A stretch of 64,000 bases of DNA from Spirochaetia bacterium (GCA_965203055.1 OZ241863.1:672001-736000), one strand, 5' to 3'; counted from the stretch's first letter, positions 38,456 to 50,133 are shown. A program made the numbers and translations. Notes: generated by a model from the sequence alone, not told the origin.

Positions 38456-39670
38456 TCAGCCTGCGCCCGGCTGCCGGGTGAGCGCGCGCACCTGCTCCGG
38501 CAGCCCGTACAGGTTTATGAAGCCGGTGGCGTCGGCGTGGTCGTAGCTGCCGGCGCCGAACGAAGCCAGGTCGCGGCGGTACAGACCGTGCGCCGACTCG
38601 CGCCCGGTTACCGTGAGGTTGCCCTTGTACAGGGCCAGGCTCACCGAGCCGCTCACCGCCCCGGCCAGGCGCTCCATGAACGCCTCCAGGGCCGCCCGCA
38701 ACGGGGTGAACCACTTGCCGTTGTACACCAGCTCGGCGTAGCGCAGCGCCAGCTCCTGCTTGGCGCGCAGGGCATCGGCGTCCAGGGTCATCGCCTCCAG
38801 CTCGCGCAACGCGGTCCACAGAATGGTACCCCCCGGAGTCTCGTACACGCCGCGGCTCTTCATCCCGACGAGGCGCGACTCCACCAGGTCGGTACGCCCG
38901 ATAGCATTGGCGCCGCCGAGCCGGTTCAAGTGCGCCAGCAGGGCGACCGGCTCCAGGCGCTCGCCGTCGACCGCTACCGGAATGCCGGCCTCGAATCCCA
39001 GCGTGACCTCGGTTTCGCGGTCGGGCGCCGCGCGCGGCGCCAGCGAGCGTTGGAACAGGGCCTCGCCCGGGCGCCGCGCCGGGTCTTCCAGATCGCCGCC
39101 CTCGTGGCTCAGGTGCCACAGGTTGGCGTCGCGGGAATAGATGTTGCGCCGCGAGATGCCGGCCAGATCGATGCCCTGCGCCGCGGCGTAATCGATCGCC
39201 TGCTCGCGGGAACGGATCTCCCACAGCCGCCACGGCGCGATTACCGTGAGGTGCGGCGCCAGGGCGCGGTAGGTCATCTCGAAGCGCACCTGATCGTTGC
39301 CCTTGCCGGTGCAGCCGTGGGCCACGGCGTCGGCGTCTTCGGCCAGCGCCACCGCCACCTGATGCTTGGCCTGCAGGGGACGGGCGATGGAGGTGCCGAG
39401 CAGGTACTTGCCCTCGTACACGGCCCCGGAGCGCAGCAGCGGAAACAGATATTCGGTCACGAACTCGCGGCGCAGGTCGCGCAGGTGGAGCTTGCTGGCG
39501 CCGGCCGCCAGGGCGCGCCGCTCCAGGCCGCTCAGGTCCTCACCCTGCCCGACGTCGGCGCAGTAGGCCACCACCTCGGCCCCGGGGTAGCGCTGCTTGA
39601 GCCACGGAATGATGATCGAGGTGTCCAGGCCGCCCGAATAGGCCAGCACGATCTTGCGCAGCGCGGCCAC
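38456..39670 (-). CDS. argG: Argininosuccinate synthase
   Basis: KIVLAYSGGLDTS, HGCTGKGNDQVRFE, GMKSRGVYETPG; start probably GTG 39670. Confidence 0.96.
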   Translation of the reverse strand: MAALRKIVLAYSGGLDTSIIIPWLKQRYPGAEVVAYCADVGQGEDLSGLERRALAAGASKLHLRDLRREFVTEYLFPLLRSGAVYEGKYLLGTSIARPLQAKHQVAVALAEDADAVAHGCTGKGNDQVRFEMTYRALAPHLTVIAPWRLWEIRSREQAIDYAAAQGIDLAGISRRNIYSRDANLWHLSHEGGDLEDPARRPGEALFQRSLAPRAAPDRETEVTLGFEAGIPVAVDGERLEPVALLAHLNRLGGANAIGRTDLVESRLVGMKSRGVYETPGGTILWTALRELEAMTLDADALRAKQELALRYAELVYNGKWFTPLRAALEAFMERLAGAVSGSVSLALYKGNLTVTGRESAHGLYRRDLASFGAGSYDHADATGFINLYGLPEQVRALTRQPGAG

Positions 39671-39672
39671 GT

Positions 39673-40902
39673 CTACCCGCCCGCGAGCGCGCCGCTCACG
39701 CGCTCGATGATCGCCAGCCCCTCGTCCAGCTCGGCCGGTTCGATGATCAGCGGCGGGGCCAGCCGCAGCACGTCGTCGCCGGAGCGGAGCGCCAGCAGGC
39801 CCGCGGCGCGCAGCTCCGGCACCATCTTGGCGATTGCCGGCTCGCCGTCCACCTCGCCGGTCACGGTGACGCCGGCCAGCAGCCCGGCGCCCTTGACCGC
39901 GCCGAGCAGCGGGCTGGCGGCGGCGAGCCGTTCCAGTCCGGCGCGCAGCCGGCGCCCGCGCGCCGCGACCGCGGCGGTAAACTCCGGCGCCGCCACGATG
40001 TCCCACACCAGATTGCCGACCGCGCAGGTCACCGGCCCGCCGCCGAAGGTGGTGCCGTGATCGCCGACGTGCAGCTCGGCGTTGATCGCGGCCGGGATCA
40101 AGGTCGCCGCCAGCGGCAGGCCGCCGCCGAGCGGCTTGGCCAGGGTGATCAGGTCCGGCTCCAGTCCCACCAGGTCACTGGCGTACAGTTCCCCGGTGCG
40201 GCTCAATCCGGTCTGCACCTCGTCGGTGATCAGCATGATCCGGTGCCGGCGGCACAGCTCGTTCAAGGTGTCGGCGAAGTCCCGGCTCATCACCTCGAGA
40301 CCGCCCTCGCCCTGCACCACCTCGACGATGACGGCGCAGAAGCTGTCGTCGAGCGCGGCGCGCGCGGCGGCCGCGTCGTCATAGGGCAACGCCGTCACGC
40401 CGGGCACGAGCGGGGCGAACGGCTGCTGGTACTTCTCGCTGGGAGTGCAGCTCAGCGCGCCCATGGTGCGGCCGTGAAAGCCGCCGCTGAAGCAGGCGAT
40501 GCGCTGCTTGTCCGCGCGCCCGTTGCGCCGGGCCAGCAGGCGGGCGTACTTGAGCGCGGTCTCGTTCGCCTCGGAGCCGCTGTTGGTGAACTGCACGTTG
40601 GTGATGCCGGCGCGCCGCGGGGCGGAAGCGATCAGCTTCTCGGCAAGCGCCAGGGCCGGCTCGGTAGCGTACAGATTCGATACGTGCACCAGCTTGCGCA
40701 TCTGGTCGGCCGCGGCCGCAGCCAGGTCCGCGCGCCCGTAGCCGAGCGCGTTCACCGCAATGCCGGCGCCGAAGTCGAGGTAGGAGCGGCCGGCCGCATC
40801 CTGCACGCGGCAACCCTGCCCGCGCTCCAGGACCAGCAGCTCTGGGGTAAAGACGCCCGGCATGGGATGTTCGGTGACCAGCGCGCCGTTGCGTTGCATC
40901 AA
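39673..40902 (-). CDS. argD: Acetylornithine aminotransferase
   Basis: NSGSEANE, FHGRT, QGEGG, DEVQTG, LAKPLGGG, HGTTFGG; in arg cluster. Confidence 0.92.
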   Translation of the reverse strand: MMQRNGALVTEHPMPGVFTPELLVLERGQGCRVQDAAGRSYLDFGAGIAVNALGYGRADLAAAAADQMRKLVHVSNLYATEPALALAEKLIASAPRRAGITNVQFTNSGSEANETALKYARLLARRNGRADKQRIACFSGGFHGRTMGALSCTPSEKYQQPFAPLVPGVTALPYDDAAAARAALDDSFCAVIVEVVQGEGGLEVMSRDFADTLNELCRRHRIMLITDEVQTGLSRTGELYASDLVGLEPDLITLAKPLGGGLPLAATLIPAAINAELHVGDHGTTFGGGPVTCAVGNLVWDIVAAPEFTAAVAARGRRLRAGLERLAAASPLLGAVKGAGLLAGVTVTGEVDGEPAIAKMVPELRAAGLLALRSGDDVLRLAPPLIIEPAELDEGLAIIERVSGALAGG

Positions 40903-40915
40903 TCGGTGTTCCTCC

Positions 40916-41719
40916 TCATTCGGGGAGCATGGTGGTACCGGCGGCGCCGGTCAACAGCGCGGTCAATTCGCCGCCGGCGCCAAACCGCCCGATCACGACG
41001 CGCCCCACGCCCTGCTCCACGGCGTGCAGCGCGGCTTCCAGCTTGGGAATCATGCCGCCGCGAATGACTCCGGCGGCGATCTCGGCGGCCGCCTGCGGCG
41101 GCGTCAGGGCAGCCAGCACCGCGCCCTCCTTGAGCACCCCCGGCACGTCGGAGAGGAACAGCAGGCGGTCGGCCCGCAGCGCCGGAGCGATTCGCAACGC
41201 GACGCTGTCGGCGTTGATGTTCACCGCCCCGCCGCCCGGCTCCAGGCTGGTGGTCGCCAGTACCGGCAGGTAGCCGTGGCCGAGCAGCAGCCACAGCAGC
41301 CGATTGTCCACCTCGGCAACGGTCGCCGTGCGGCTGGCCGCGGCCGCGGCGCAGCCGGGCAGCCGGGCGCCGGTGAAGATCGGCCCATCGGAGCCGCTCA
41401 ACCCCACGGCCGCCAGCCCGGCGGCGTGCAACGCCCGCACCAGCCGCTTGTTTACCGCCCCGCACAGCGCCATGTCCACGTAGGGCATCTCGGCCGGCGA
41501 GGTGATCCGCACGCCGTCGCTGAACTGCGGTTCCAGGCCGACCCGGCGGGTGAGCGCGCTCACCTCGCTGCCGCCGCCGTGCACCAGCACCACCCGCGCG
41601 CCGGCCCGCGCCAACTGCGCCAGCTCCGCGGCGAACGCGGCCAACGCGGCGCCGGCTTCCGCCGCCGCCCCGCCCAACTTGATCACCAGCAGCTCGCCGG
41701 AGGCGATGGCGGAACCCAC
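40916..41719 (-). CDS. argB: Acetylglutamate kinase
   Basis: VIKLGG, VHGGG, NINAD, LSDVPG, GGMIPKL. Confidence 0.94.
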   Translation of the reverse strand: MGSAIASGELLVIKLGGAAAEAGAALAAFAAELAQLARAGARVVLVHGGGSEVSALTRRVGLEPQFSDGVRITSPAEMPYVDMALCGAVNKRLVRALHAAGLAAVGLSGSDGPIFTGARLPGCAAAAASRTATVAEVDNRLLWLLLGHGYLPVLATTSLEPGGGAVNINADSVALRIAPALRADRLLFLSDVPGVLKEGAVLAALTPPQAAAEIAAGVIRGGMIPKLEAALHAVEQGVGRVVIGRFGAGGELTALLTGAAGTTMLPE

Positions 41720-42747
<1,028 letters not shown>

Positions 42748-42751
<4 letters not shown>

Positions 42752-43260
42752 ACGGCGCCTCCGAGCTCCGGGATGCAGCGCCGCAGGGCGCGCCGGGCGG
42801 CCGCCGGAGTGGTGCCCTCGGCGAGCACCGCGAGGATCGTATCGTCCCCGGCAACGGTGCCGATGATGCCCTCGACCTGCAGCTTGTCCAGCGCGAAGGC
42901 CACGCTCGCGGCGTGGCCGGGCAGCGTATGCACCACCGCCAGGTTGCCCGAAAAGGCGAGCGACCGAAAGCCATGCAGGAATACCGACTGCAGGCTGGCG
43001 GCGGAGCCGGCCTGGTCCTGATCGCGGAAGGCATAACTGTACCCGCCGCGGCCGTCGGGCAACTTGCCCACCTTCAGAACCTTCAGATCGCGCGACAGCG
43101 TGGCCTGCGTGGTGCTCAGCCCGCTGGCCGCCAGGCTCCGCAGGAGCTGCTCCTGGCTGCCGATGGCGCCGCCGGCGATCAACTCGCGCACCGCCCGGCG
43201 GCGCGCGGCAACGTCCCGGCGCGGCGTCCGGTCCTCTCTCGACAAGGAATCGTTATGCAT
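42748..43260 (-). CDS. argR: Arginine repressor
   Basis: SQEQL, TQATLSRDL, TLPGHA, GTVAGDDTI. Confidence 0.95.
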
Positions 43261-43300
43261 TATCTTGCACATTTATACTCACATCAGGGAGACCGGTCAA
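43246..43300 (-). promoter_or_regulatory. arg operon promoter with overlapping ARG-box-like operators
   Basis: TTGACC (43295-43300), 17 bp, TATAAA (43272-43277); 14-bp cores AGTATAAATGTGCA, TGCAAGATAATGCA, TGCATAACGATTCC at 10-bp offsets. Confidence 0.75.
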
Positions 43301-43426
43301 GTCCTCGCCGCCACCACAGTCCAAAGAGAACCAGCGAGAGAGCCGGCGCCGAATCGTCGTTCAGTTGCCCGGCGCCGGGCAACAGTGGTAGCGTCCGCCC
43401 ATCCACCATGCCTGTCGCGCCTGCCG

Positions 43427-44725
43427 ATGTCCGCGGCTGACAACTCGCGGCCCGCGTCCGCTCACGACGACTCCATCTCGCTGCTCGATCTGCTCGGCGT
43501 ACTGGTCCGGCGCTGGCGGCTGATCGCCGGCGTTACCGCGGTCGGCGCGCCGCTGGTGTTCGGCTACGTGCTGTTGACGATGCAGGCGCCGGCGTCCGCC
43601 CCCTGGAACCTGCTGCCCGACGTCTATCGGCCGGAGGCGAAGGTCCTGCTCCTGGAACAGGAGTCGTCGGGCCTGCCCTCGCTCAACCTCGGCGGCGACG
43701 GGACCGGGGCGCTGGGGGCGCTGCTGCAGGGCGTCGGCAGCAGCCAGAGCAGCGCGGCCCTGGCCCAGGAGTTGCTGGCCGGGCGCACCATCCACGACCG
43801 GATCATCGACGAGTTCGACTTCGTGAACCGCTACGGACTCACCGAAAACCCGCGCACCCGCGCCCGCGCCCTGGTCGAAGGAGCGCTGAAGTACGAATTC
43901 GACGCCGCCTCCGGCGTGTTGTCGATCTCCTACGAGGAGCCGGAGGCGGAGTTCGCGGCCGCGGTGCTGGCGCGCACCCTGGAGCTTCTGGAGCAGCGCT
44001 TCCGCGCGCTGACCATGGAAACCGTCGAGCTGCGGAAGCGGCACCTGGAGGAGCGGCTGGCGGTGGTCGAGGCCGGCCGCCAGGCGGCCCAGGACCGGCT
44101 GGTGAGGTTTCATCGGTCGTACGGGTTCGTCGACATCCAGAACCAGTCGCAGGAGTTGACCCAGCTCCTCGCCCAATACCGGCGGGAGCTGCTCTCCAAG
44201 GAGGTGGAGATGCAATCCCTGCGCGAACTGCTGCCCGCCGGCGACCCGGCGGTCGTGCAGCTCCAGAACCAGATCGACATCGTGCGCCAGGTGCTCGACG
44301 AGCTGCAGACCGGATTCCGCTCCTTCTCCGCCCAGACCATTCCGCAGGATCAGTTGCCCGGCGTCGCCGCCGAATATCTCAACCTGCGCCGCGATCTGGA
44401 GATCCAGGAGCAGGTCTACGCCTTGCTGCGCAACCAGTACGAACTGGCGCGGATCGAGGAAACCGACCCCACGCGCACCTTCCAGGTGCTGGAAGCGGTC
44501 GAAGTGCCCGAAGTCAAGCACTGGCCGAGCCGTACCTGGAGCTGCGTCATCGGGACGCTGGTCGTGTTCCTGCTGGCGGTGCTGCTGGCGTTCTTTCTCG
44601 AGTACCTCGTCCGGGTACGCGCCCACCCGGTGGAGGCGGGCAAGCTGGACGCGATTCTCGAGCAGCTCCGCCGGCGCCCGCGCGACCGCCCGGTCACTGG
44701 ACGCACGGGACCTGACGGATTATAA
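43427..44725 (+). CDS. Polysaccharide chain-length determinant (Wzz/GumC family, GNVR domain)
   Basis: ISLLDLLGVLVRRWRLI plus TM, coiled-coil middle, AVEVPEVKHWPSR plus C-terminal TM. Confidence 0.85.
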   Translation: MSAADNSRPASAHDDSISLLDLLGVLVRRWRLIAGVTAVGAPLVFGYVLLTMQAPASAPWNLLPDVYRPEAKVLLLEQESSGLPSLNLGGDGTGALGALLQGVGSSQSSAALAQELLAGRTIHDRIIDEFDFVNRYGLTENPRTRARALVEGALKYEFDAASGVLSISYEEPEAEFAAAVLARTLELLEQRFRALTMETVELRKRHLEERLAVVEAGRQAAQDRLVRFHRSYGFVDIQNQSQELTQLLAQYRRELLSKEVEMQSLRELLPAGDPAVVQLQNQIDIVRQVLDELQTGFRSFSAQTIPQDQLPGVAAEYLNLRRDLEIQEQVYALLRNQYELARIEETDPTRTFQVLEAVEVPEVKHWPSRTWSCVIGTLVVFLLAVLLAFFLEYLVRVRAHPVEAGKLDAILEQLRRRPRDRPVTGRTGPDGL

Positions 44726-47700
44726 GTGCGCGAGCGCATGTCCGGCTTCGTCCATCTGCACGTCCACTCCGACTACTCGCTGCTCGACGGCGCAGCCTCC
44801 GTCGATACCCTGGTGGACAAGGCGGCGGCGTGCGGCATGAGCCACCTGGCGCTGACCGACCACGGCTCCATGTTCGGGGCGGTTTCGTTCTACGAGGCCT
44901 GCCGGGCGCGCGGCGTGACGCCGTTGATCGGCTCGGAGTGCTACGTGAGCCGCGGTTCGCGCCTGGAGCGCGGTTCCGGCAACGGCGTGCGCGGCGGCGG
45001 CCAGCGCAACTACTACCACATGGGGCTGCTGGCGCGCGACGAGACCGGCTACCGCAACCTGATGCAGCTCTCCACCATCGGCTACACCGAGGGGTTCTAC
45101 TACCGCCCGCGTATCGATGACGAAGTGCTGGCGCGCCACGCGGAGGGCCTGATCGGGTTCTCCGGCTGCCTGTCGGCGCAGATCCCGGCCCTCATACGGG
45201 AGCAGCGCGTCGCCGAGGCCACCGATCTCGCCGTCCGCTACCGCGACATGTTCGGCGCCGGCCACTACTACCTGGAGCTGCAGGACCACGGGCTGCAGGA
45301 GCAGGAGACGCTCAACCGTACCTTGATCGAGATGGCGCGGCGTACCGGCATCCCGCTGGTGGCCACCAACGACGTCCACTACGCCGAGCGCGACGACGCG
45401 CACGCCCAGGACGTCCTGATCTGCGTGGGCACCGGCAAGCGGCTCAGCGAAACCGACCGCCTCCGGTTCGACTCCCAGGAGTTCTACTTCAAGGACGAGG
45501 CGGAGATGCGGCGCCTGTTCGACGGCGTGCCCGAGGCGTTGCGCAACACCCGCGAGGTGGCCGAGCGCTGCCAGCTCGAGATTCCGCAGCCCGGGCCCCT
45601 GTTGCCGGATTACGAGGTGCCGTCCGGGCACACCCAGGAGAGCTATCTGCGCCAGGTCGCCGGCGCCGGGCTGGAGCGGCGCTACGCCACCGTTACGCCG
45701 GAGCTGCGCGCCCGCCTCGACTACGAGTTGGGCGTGATCGAACGCATGGGCTACGCCGGGTACTTCCTCATCGTGTGGGACTTCATTTCCTTCGCCCGGG
45801 ACCGCAATCTGCCGGTGGGGCCGGGGCGCGGGTCCGGCGCCGGTTCGCTGGTCGCCTACGCGCTGCGCATTACCGACATCGAGCCGTTCGCCTACGGCCT
45901 GGTGTTCGAGCGGTTCCTCAACCCGGAGCGTATTTCGATGCCCGACTTCGACATCGACTTCTGCTACGAACGCCGCGGCGAGGTGATCTCCTACGTCTCC
46001 CAAAAGTACGGCGCCGACCGGGTGGCCCAGATCATCACCTTCGGGACCTTGAAGGCGCGCGCCGTGATCCGCGACGTGGCGCGGGTGCTGGAGATTCCCT
46101 ACGCCGAGGCGGACGCCATCGCCAAGCTGGTGCCGGCCGGCCCCAAGAGCAGCCTGCAGGCCGCGCTCAAGCAGGAGGGCGGCCTGCGCGAGGTGCGCGA
46201 CCGCGGCGGCGCCTTCGCCGACCTGATCGATACCGGCCTGAAGCTGGAGGGCCTGGCGCGCCACGCCTCCACCCATGCCGCCGGCATCGTGATCGGGCGC
46301 GAGGCGCTGACCAACTACGTGCCCCTCTACCGCGACACCCGCAGCGGGGCGATTTCCACCCAGTACACCGGCGAGGACGTGCTGCAGGGCTGCGGCCTGG
46401 TGAAGATGGACTTCCTGGGCCTCAAGACCCTTACCGTGATCGAAAATACGGTGCGCCTGATCCGCGCCCGGCAGGAGGCGCAGGAGGCCGGCGAGCGGTT
46501 CGATCTGGCCGCGGCGCCGGAGGATGATCCGGCCACCTACGAAATGCTCGGCGCCGGCAAGGCGACCTGCGTGTTCCAGTTCGAGAGTTCCGGCATGCGC
46601 AGCTTGTTGACCCGCGCGCAGCCGCGCCGAATTCAGGATCTGATGGCCCTCACCTCGTTGTACCGGCCCGGCCCGATGCAGTTCATGGACCAGTTCATCG
46701 ACGCCAAGGCGGAACGGGCGCGCGTCACCTACCCGCTGCCGGAACTGGAGCCGATACTGGAGGAAACCTACGGCGTCATCATCTATCAGGAGCAGGTGAT
46801 GAAGATCGCCCAGGTGGTAGCCGGCTACTCCCTGGGCCAGGCCGACATCCTGCGCCGCGCCATGGGCAAGAAGAAGCCCAAGGAGATGGAGGAGCAGCGC
46901 GAGCGCTTCATCAGCGGCGCGCGCGCCAACGGCCACTCCCGGAAGGCGGCGGTCAACCTGTTCGAGATGTTGGCGCCGTTCGCGGAGTATGGGTTTCCGA
47001 AGGCGCATGCCGCGGCCTACTCGGTGCTCTCGTTCCAGACCGCGTACCTGAAGGCGCACTTCCCGGCCGAGTTCATGGCCGCCAACCTGACCAACGAGAT
47101 GGCCGACTCCGACAAGCTGGCGGAATACATCGCCGAAGCGCGCGACATGGGGTTGGAGGTGCTCCCGCCCGACGTCAACCTGTCGGTGGGCGACTTCTCG
47201 GTGGCGGAGGACAAGATCGTCTACGGCCTGCAGGGCATCAAGAACGTCGGCGCCGGCGCGGTAGCCGAAATCATCGCCCGCCGCGCCGAGGGAGGCGCCT
47301 ACCGCGATCTGGTCGACTTTCTGGAGCGCGTGGACCTGGGGCAGGTGAACCGCAAGGTGGTGGAGACCATGATCCAGGTGGGCGCCTTCGACCGGCTGCG
47401 CGGGAGCCACAACCGGGCCACGCTGCTGGCCAACGTGGAGCGGTTGCTGGACGAGGTGGCGACGGAGAAGGAGAGCCGCCGCTACGGCCAGCAGTCGCTG
47501 TTCGACGACGCCGCGGAGTTGCCGCGCCGCTACACCATGGAGCCGCAGGAGGAGTGGCCGCAGCACGAGAAGCTGCAGTTGGAGAAGATGGCGCTCGGCA
47601 TGTTCTTTTCCGGTCATCCGTTGGACCAGTACCGCGAACTGATGGAGCGCAAGGCCGCGGTGCGGCTGGCGGACCTGACCGACTACGCCCGCGACGGCGT

Positions 47701-48202
47701 CAAGGGCGACGCCCGGGTGAACGCGATCGGCGTGGTGGGGGAGATCCGCGAGATCCAGACCCGCAACGGCCGCCCGATGGCGTTCGCCAGCCTGGAGGAC
47801 ACCTCCGGCAGCGCCGAGATGGTGATATTCTCCGACCCGTTCAGCGCCGGCCGGACGTTGCTGGAGAGCGGCGCGGTGGTGGCCGTGGCCGCTACCGTGG
47901 ACCGCAGCCGGGGCGCTCCCAAGCTGCTGGTGGAATCGCTCAGCGAGCCGCAGCAGATGCCGGACCGCGCGGCGCGGTCGCTGCACCTGCGGGTGGACGC
48001 GGCGGCTACCGAGGAGCAGCTCCTCGACCTGCGCGAGCGCTGCATTGCCGTGCGCGGCGAGCTGGAACTGTTCATCCACTACGCGGGGCGCGGCCGCGAG
48101 GTGGTGATCAAGGCGTCCCACTACCTGCGGGTGGACGGCGGCAACGCGGCGCTGGACGACCTGCGCCGCGTGCCGCAGGTAAGCGAGGCGTGGACCGAAT
48201 GA
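44726..48202 (+). CDS. dnaE: DNA polymerase III alpha subunit
   Basis: HLHVHSDYSLLDG PHP domain, GPGRGSGAGS, PDFDID, KMDFLGL, YQEQVM. Confidence 0.97.
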   Translation: MRERMSGFVHLHVHSDYSLLDGAASVDTLVDKAAACGMSHLALTDHGSMFGAVSFYEACRARGVTPLIGSECYVSRGSRLERGSGNGVRGGGQRNYYHMGLLARDETGYRNLMQLSTIGYTEGFYYRPRIDDEVLARHAEGLIGFSGCLSAQIPALIREQRVAEATDLAVRYRDMFGAGHYYLELQDHGLQEQETLNRTLIEMARRTGIPLVATNDVHYAERDDAHAQDVLICVGTGKRLSETDRLRFDSQEFYFKDEAEMRRLFDGVPEALRNTREVAERCQLEIPQPGPLLPDYEVPSGHTQESYLRQVAGAGLERRYATVTPELRARLDYELGVIERMGYAGYFLIVWDFISFARDRNLPVGPGRGSGAGSLVAYALRITDIEPFAYGLVFERFLNPERISMPDFDIDFCYERRGEVISYVSQKYGADRVAQIITFGTLKARAVIRDVARVLEIPYAEADAIAKLVPAGPKSSLQAALKQEGGLREVRDRGGAFADLIDTGLKLEGLARHASTHAAGIVIGREALTNYVPLYRDTRSGAISTQYTGEDVLQGCGLVKMDFLGLKTLTVIENTVRLIRARQEAQEAGERFDLAAAPEDDPATYEMLGAGKATCVFQFESSGMRSLLTRAQPRRIQDLMALTSLYRPGPMQFMDQFIDAKAERARVTYPLPELEPILEETYGVIIYQEQVMKIAQVVAGYSLGQADILRRAMGKKKPKEMEEQRERFISGARANGHSRKAAVNLFEMLAPFAEYGFPKAHAAAYSVLSFQTAYLKAHFPAEFMAANLTNEMADSDKLAEYIAEARDMGLEVLPPDVNLSVGDFSVAEDKIVYGLQGIKNVGAGAVAEIIARRAEGGAYRDLVDFLERVDLGQVNRKVVETMIQVGAFDRLRGSHNRATLLANVERLLDEVATEKESRRYGQQSLFDDAAELPRRYTMEPQEEWPQHEKLQLEKMALGMFFSGHPLDQYRELMERKAAVRLADLTDYARDGVKGDARVNAIGVVGEIREIQTRNGRPMAFASLEDTSGSAEMVIFSDPFSAGRTLLESGAVVAVAATVDRSRGAPKLLVESLSEPQQMPDRAARSLHLRVDAAATEEQLLDLRERCIAVRGELELFIHYAGRGREVVIKASHYLRVDGGNAALDDLRRVPQVSEAWTE

Positions 48203-49473
48203 GCCGCATCGGCATCGGCCTGGTGGGAATGGGTACCGCCGGCAGCGCGTTCGTGCGTCTCCTGGCCAGCAATGGCGCCGCCTTGACGCAGCGTTTCGGC
48301 GTCGAGGTGGAGCTGGTGCGGATCGGAGTGGCCGATCTCGACAAGCCGCGCGCGGTCGTTCCGGCGCCGTTGGCGCAGGGCTACCGCGAGGTGTTGGCCG
48401 ATCCGGCGGTGGACGTGGTGGTCGAGTTGATGGGCGGCGTGGAGCAGCCGCGCGAACTGCTCACCGCCGCCATCCGCGCCGGCAAGCACGTGATCACCGC
48501 CAACAAGGCGTTGATCGCGGAGCATGGCGACCAACTGCTGGCGCTGGCCCGGCGGCACGGCGTGCAGCTTCGCTTCGAGGCCTCGGTCTGCGGCGGCATC
48601 CCGGTCATCAAGGTGATCCGCGAGAGTCTGAGCGCCAACCGCATCCGCAGTCTCACCGGCATCGTGAACGGCACCACCAACTACATTCTGACCCGCATGA
48701 CGCAGGCGGGAGCGTCATTCGCGGAAGCTCTGGCCGAGGCGCAGGAACGCGGTTACGCCGAAGCCGATCCGACCCTGGACGTGGACGGCACCGACGCGGT
48801 GCAGAAGATGGCGATTCTCAGCAGTCTAGCGTTTGGCGGCTGGTGCCGCTATCGGGATGCGCTGTGGGAAGGGATCGAGAGCGTAACCGCGAAGGACGTT
48901 GCGTTTGCGCGCATGTCGGGGTTCGTCTTCAAGTTGGTGGCCAGCGGTCGAATCATCGATGGGTTGACCTCGGTGGCGGTGTTCCCGGCGCTGGTGGCCG
49001 ACGACCATCCCCTGGCGGGAGTGGGCAATGAGTTCAACGCGGTGCTCATCGATTCCGACTTCCAGGGCCCGTCGGTGCTGATCGGGCGCGGCGCCGGCGG
49101 CGAGCCGACCGCGTCGTCGGTGGCCGCCGACCTGAGCGACCTGCTGGCCGGGAGCGCGCCCGCGGGGCCGGCGGCCGCGCCCGGCAAGTTGTTTCCGCCG
49201 GAGCGGCTCACCTTCCGCTACTACTTTCACTTCGTCACCGAGAACCGGCCCGGCATCTGGGCGCAGGTCACCGGGTTGTTGGCCGAGCATGGCATCAACA
49301 TCGAGTCGGTGCACCAGAAGTGGGAGGACCCCGAACAGCCGTCGGACCTCTACGTCCTGGTGGACCCGGTGGCGGAGCGGCGCGCGCGGGCGGCGTTGAG
49401 CGCCATCAGGGCCGCGCCCGGCATCTTTCCGGAATCACGTTTCTATCGCATACTTCCCGATGAGCCAGAGTAA
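48199..49473 (+). CDS. hom: Homoserine dehydrogenase
   Basis: ATGA overlap with dnaE; GMGTAG, TANKAL, EASVCGGIPVI, NGTTNYIL, GYAEADPT, C-terminal ACT domain. Confidence 0.95.
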   Translation: MSRIGIGLVGMGTAGSAFVRLLASNGAALTQRFGVEVELVRIGVADLDKPRAVVPAPLAQGYREVLADPAVDVVVELMGGVEQPRELLTAAIRAGKHVITANKALIAEHGDQLLALARRHGVQLRFEASVCGGIPVIKVIRESLSANRIRSLTGIVNGTTNYILTRMTQAGASFAEALAEAQERGYAEADPTLDVDGTDAVQKMAILSSLAFGGWCRYRDALWEGIESVTAKDVAFARMSGFVFKLVASGRIIDGLTSVAVFPALVADDHPLAGVGNEFNAVLIDSDFQGPSVLIGRGAGGEPTASSVAADLSDLLAGSAPAGPAAAPGKLFPPERLTFRYYFHFVTENRPGIWAQVTGLLAEHGINIESVHQKWEDPEQPSDLYVLVDPVAERRARAALSAIRAAPGIFPESRFYRILPDEPE

Positions 49474-49506
49474 CGCGCCCGGCCGCCGAGCAGCCGGACG
49501 CGGGCC

Positions 49507-50133
49507 GTGGCTCCGGTAGCCGCCATGCAGGATTTCTTTCGTGTCATCAACATTGCCCTGATCGCCTATCTGCTGCTCATCGTGCTGCGCAGCATGACCT
49601 CCTGGATGCGCGGGATGACGCCGGGCGCAGCCGCCAACACCATCGCCCGCTACCTGCGCCAGGCCACCGACCCCTATCTGCAGCTCTTCCACCGCTTCTC
49701 GTTCCTGCGCTCCGGGGGCATGGACTTTACGCCGCTGGCCGGCATCTTCGTGCTGGTGGTGGCCTCCGAGATGACGCGCCAGTTGGCCAACCAGCAGCAG
49801 GTCACCGCCGGCTACTTCCTCGGCGTGGCGGTGTTCGCGGCGTGGCGCATGCTGTCGGTCGTGGTACTGGTGTTCCTGGTGGCCTGCGTCGCGCGGTTCG
49901 TCATTCTGCGCTTCCTCGGGCGCACCGATACGCCGCTGGCGCGGATGGTGCAGGCCCTGACGCAGGCCCCGGTGCGCGCCGCGGCGCGCTACGTCCCGCT
50001 GGGAGAGCATGGCAGCGAGACCAATTACCTGTTGCTTGCCAGCGTCATTCTGTTCGGGATCTGGATCGTCGGGCGGGTGGTGGCAGAGACGCTGGTGAGG
50101 TATCTGATCACTCTCAACCAGCCGCTCGGCTAG
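49507..50133 (+). CDS. YggT family membrane protein
   Basis: LRQATDPYL..F...GMDFTPL motif; four TM helices. Confidence 0.85.
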   Translation: MAPVAAMQDFFRVINIALIAYLLLIVLRSMTSWMRGMTPGAAANTIARYLRQATDPYLQLFHRFSFLRSGGMDFTPLAGIFVLVVASEMTRQLANQQQVTAGYFLGVAVFAAWRMLSVVVLVFLVACVARFVILRFLGRTDTPLARMVQALTQAPVRAAARYVPLGEHGSETNYLLLASVILFGIWIVGRVVAETLVRYLITLNQPLG

